In this document: in pieces, positions 62,632 through 64,000 of the stretch
Numbering within the stretch: position 1 is the first letter of the stretch
How the letters are laid out: each line of letters starts with the position of its first letter
From: Eledone cirrhosa
Taxonomy: Eukaryota
Direction: 5' to 3'
DNA length: 64,000 bases
Assembly (NCBI GenBank): GCA_964016885.1
Contig: OZ024764.1
Location: forward strand, 6,510,001 to 6,574,000
The notes under the pieces: generated by a model
Told to the model about the DNA's origin: nothing
The model's input: only the letters and a program-made list of their open reading frames with translations
Database searches by the model: none
Made by a program: the position numbers and the translations under genes

Positions 62632-63342
62632 GTCTTTCCATTACTGATACTATCTGTCAGTCACAACTCCTGGCAGAAGAAAGGAGCTGATCATCAGATC
62701 AGACCAAGGAAACAATGTTTCTATTGGTCTTTCCATTACTGATACTATCTGTCAGTCACAACTCCTGGCAGAAGAAAGGAGCTGATCATCAGATCAGACC
62801 AAGGAAACAATGTCTCCATTGGTCTTTCCATTACTGATACTATCTGTCAGTCACAACTCCTGGCAGAAGAAAGGAACTGATCATCAGATCAGACCAAGGA
62901 AACAATGTCTCCATTGGTCTTTCCATTACTGATACTATCTGTCAGTCACAACTCCTTGCAGAAGAAAGGAGCTGATCATCAGATCAGACCAAGGAAACAA
63001 TGTTTCTATTGGTCTTTCCATTACTGATACTATCTGTCAGTCACAACTCCTGGCAGAAGAAAGGAGCTGATCATCAGATCAGACCAAGGAAACAATGTTT
63101 CTATTGGTCTTTCCATTACTGATACTATCTGTCAGTCACAACTCCTGGCAGAAGAAAGGAGCTGATCATCAGATCAGACCAAGGAAACAATGTCTCCATT
63201 GGTCTTTCCATTACTGATACTATCTGTCAGTCACAACTCCTGACAGAAGAAAGGAGCTGATCATCAGATCAGACCAAGGAAACAATGTCTCCATTGGTCT
63301 TTCCATTACTGATACTATCTGTCTGTCACAGCTCCTGACAGA
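62632..63342. repeat. 95-bp tandem repeat (about 7.5 copies)
   Basis: Unit starts at 62632, 62727, 62822 and onward. Confidence 0.95.
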
Positions 63343-64000
63343 ATTGAATTGGAAGTCAATATTTCCACTTCCCTTTCTATATCTTCCCTCTCCCCCTCTG
63401 TGTCTCCCTATCTCTCTTGCTCAGCTTTCCTATCTGTATCTGTTTTTTTCCTCCCCCTCTCCATCTGTCTTTCCTCCCCCTTCCTTCTCCCCCTCTGTTT
63501 TCCTCTCTCTATATCTTACCCTTTCTCCCTCTCTCTATATTTTCCCCTTCCCCCATCTCACTCTCTCCCTTCCTATCTTCCCCAGACTCCCCTTAAACCC
63601 TATTAACAACAAAGTTTTCAGCTTATTTTAATTTTTTTAATTAAAAAAATTTTTTTTTTTTCTTTTGTGTTTTTGTGCCCGAAAAAAAAAATTTTTTTTT
63701 TATTTAAAATTTAAATTTTAAAAAATTTAATAAAGCAACAGTTTGGTGTTTGGTATAACTTGCTAACATTTCTCTGCCCTGCCAAAATAAATGCCTTATG
63801 ACCTCCTTCGCGACTGACCCCTTAAAAGGTTGTGGGAAAAAACTGCCATTATATATAATGCTCACTAGTAAAATAATATCTATATTTTAATATATATATA
63901 TATATTTTTTTCCTTTTATATATATATTTACATATATATAAAAGAAAAATTTTTTAAAAACTTTTACATTTAATGCCAAAGAAACTAACACATTATCATT

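Noticed and set aside
62632-63342. CTGATGA on the minus strand of each 95-bp unit, suggesting a tandem hammerhead (retrozyme) array
   Set aside because: A hairpin follows the motif, but no GAAA is correctly placed after it and stems I/III cannot be formed.
57154-64000. Expected Cut homeodomain exon or CASP-specific exons
   Set aside because: I found no recognisable homeodomain or CASP C-terminal sequence by eye. They are presumably downstream of the window; a short linker exon could have been missed.

Overview
This is eukaryotic (animal) genomic DNA, AT-rich and full of microsatellites. The SINE/LINE repertoire and (TA)n/(CA)n load suggest an octopod cephalopod, which is an inference. The window lies inside one large + strand gene, a cut/CUX1-like homeobox transcription factor. 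I assembled 14 phase-compatible GT-AG exons (5805-57153): the N-terminal CASP-shared coiled coil and all three CUT domains. The first exons and the homeodomain exon are not in the window. The introns hold about 20 minisatellite arrays, two tRNA-derived SINE families, RTE-like LINE 3' fragments and two truncated Tx1/L1-like LINEs (one 5'-inverted with a TSD). They also hold a deleted DD37D maT transposon, hAT MITEs, Helitron-like ends and an intron-containing tRNA-Lys(UUU) pseudogene. The main signal not shown by the ORF track is about 20 minimal type I hammerhead ribozyme motifs from about 7 sequence families, typical of Penelope-like element repeats. They are densest at 32.7-37.0 kb, and many sit inside near-perfect inverted repeats. 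Nearly all long ORFs in the track are artefacts of tandem repeats.
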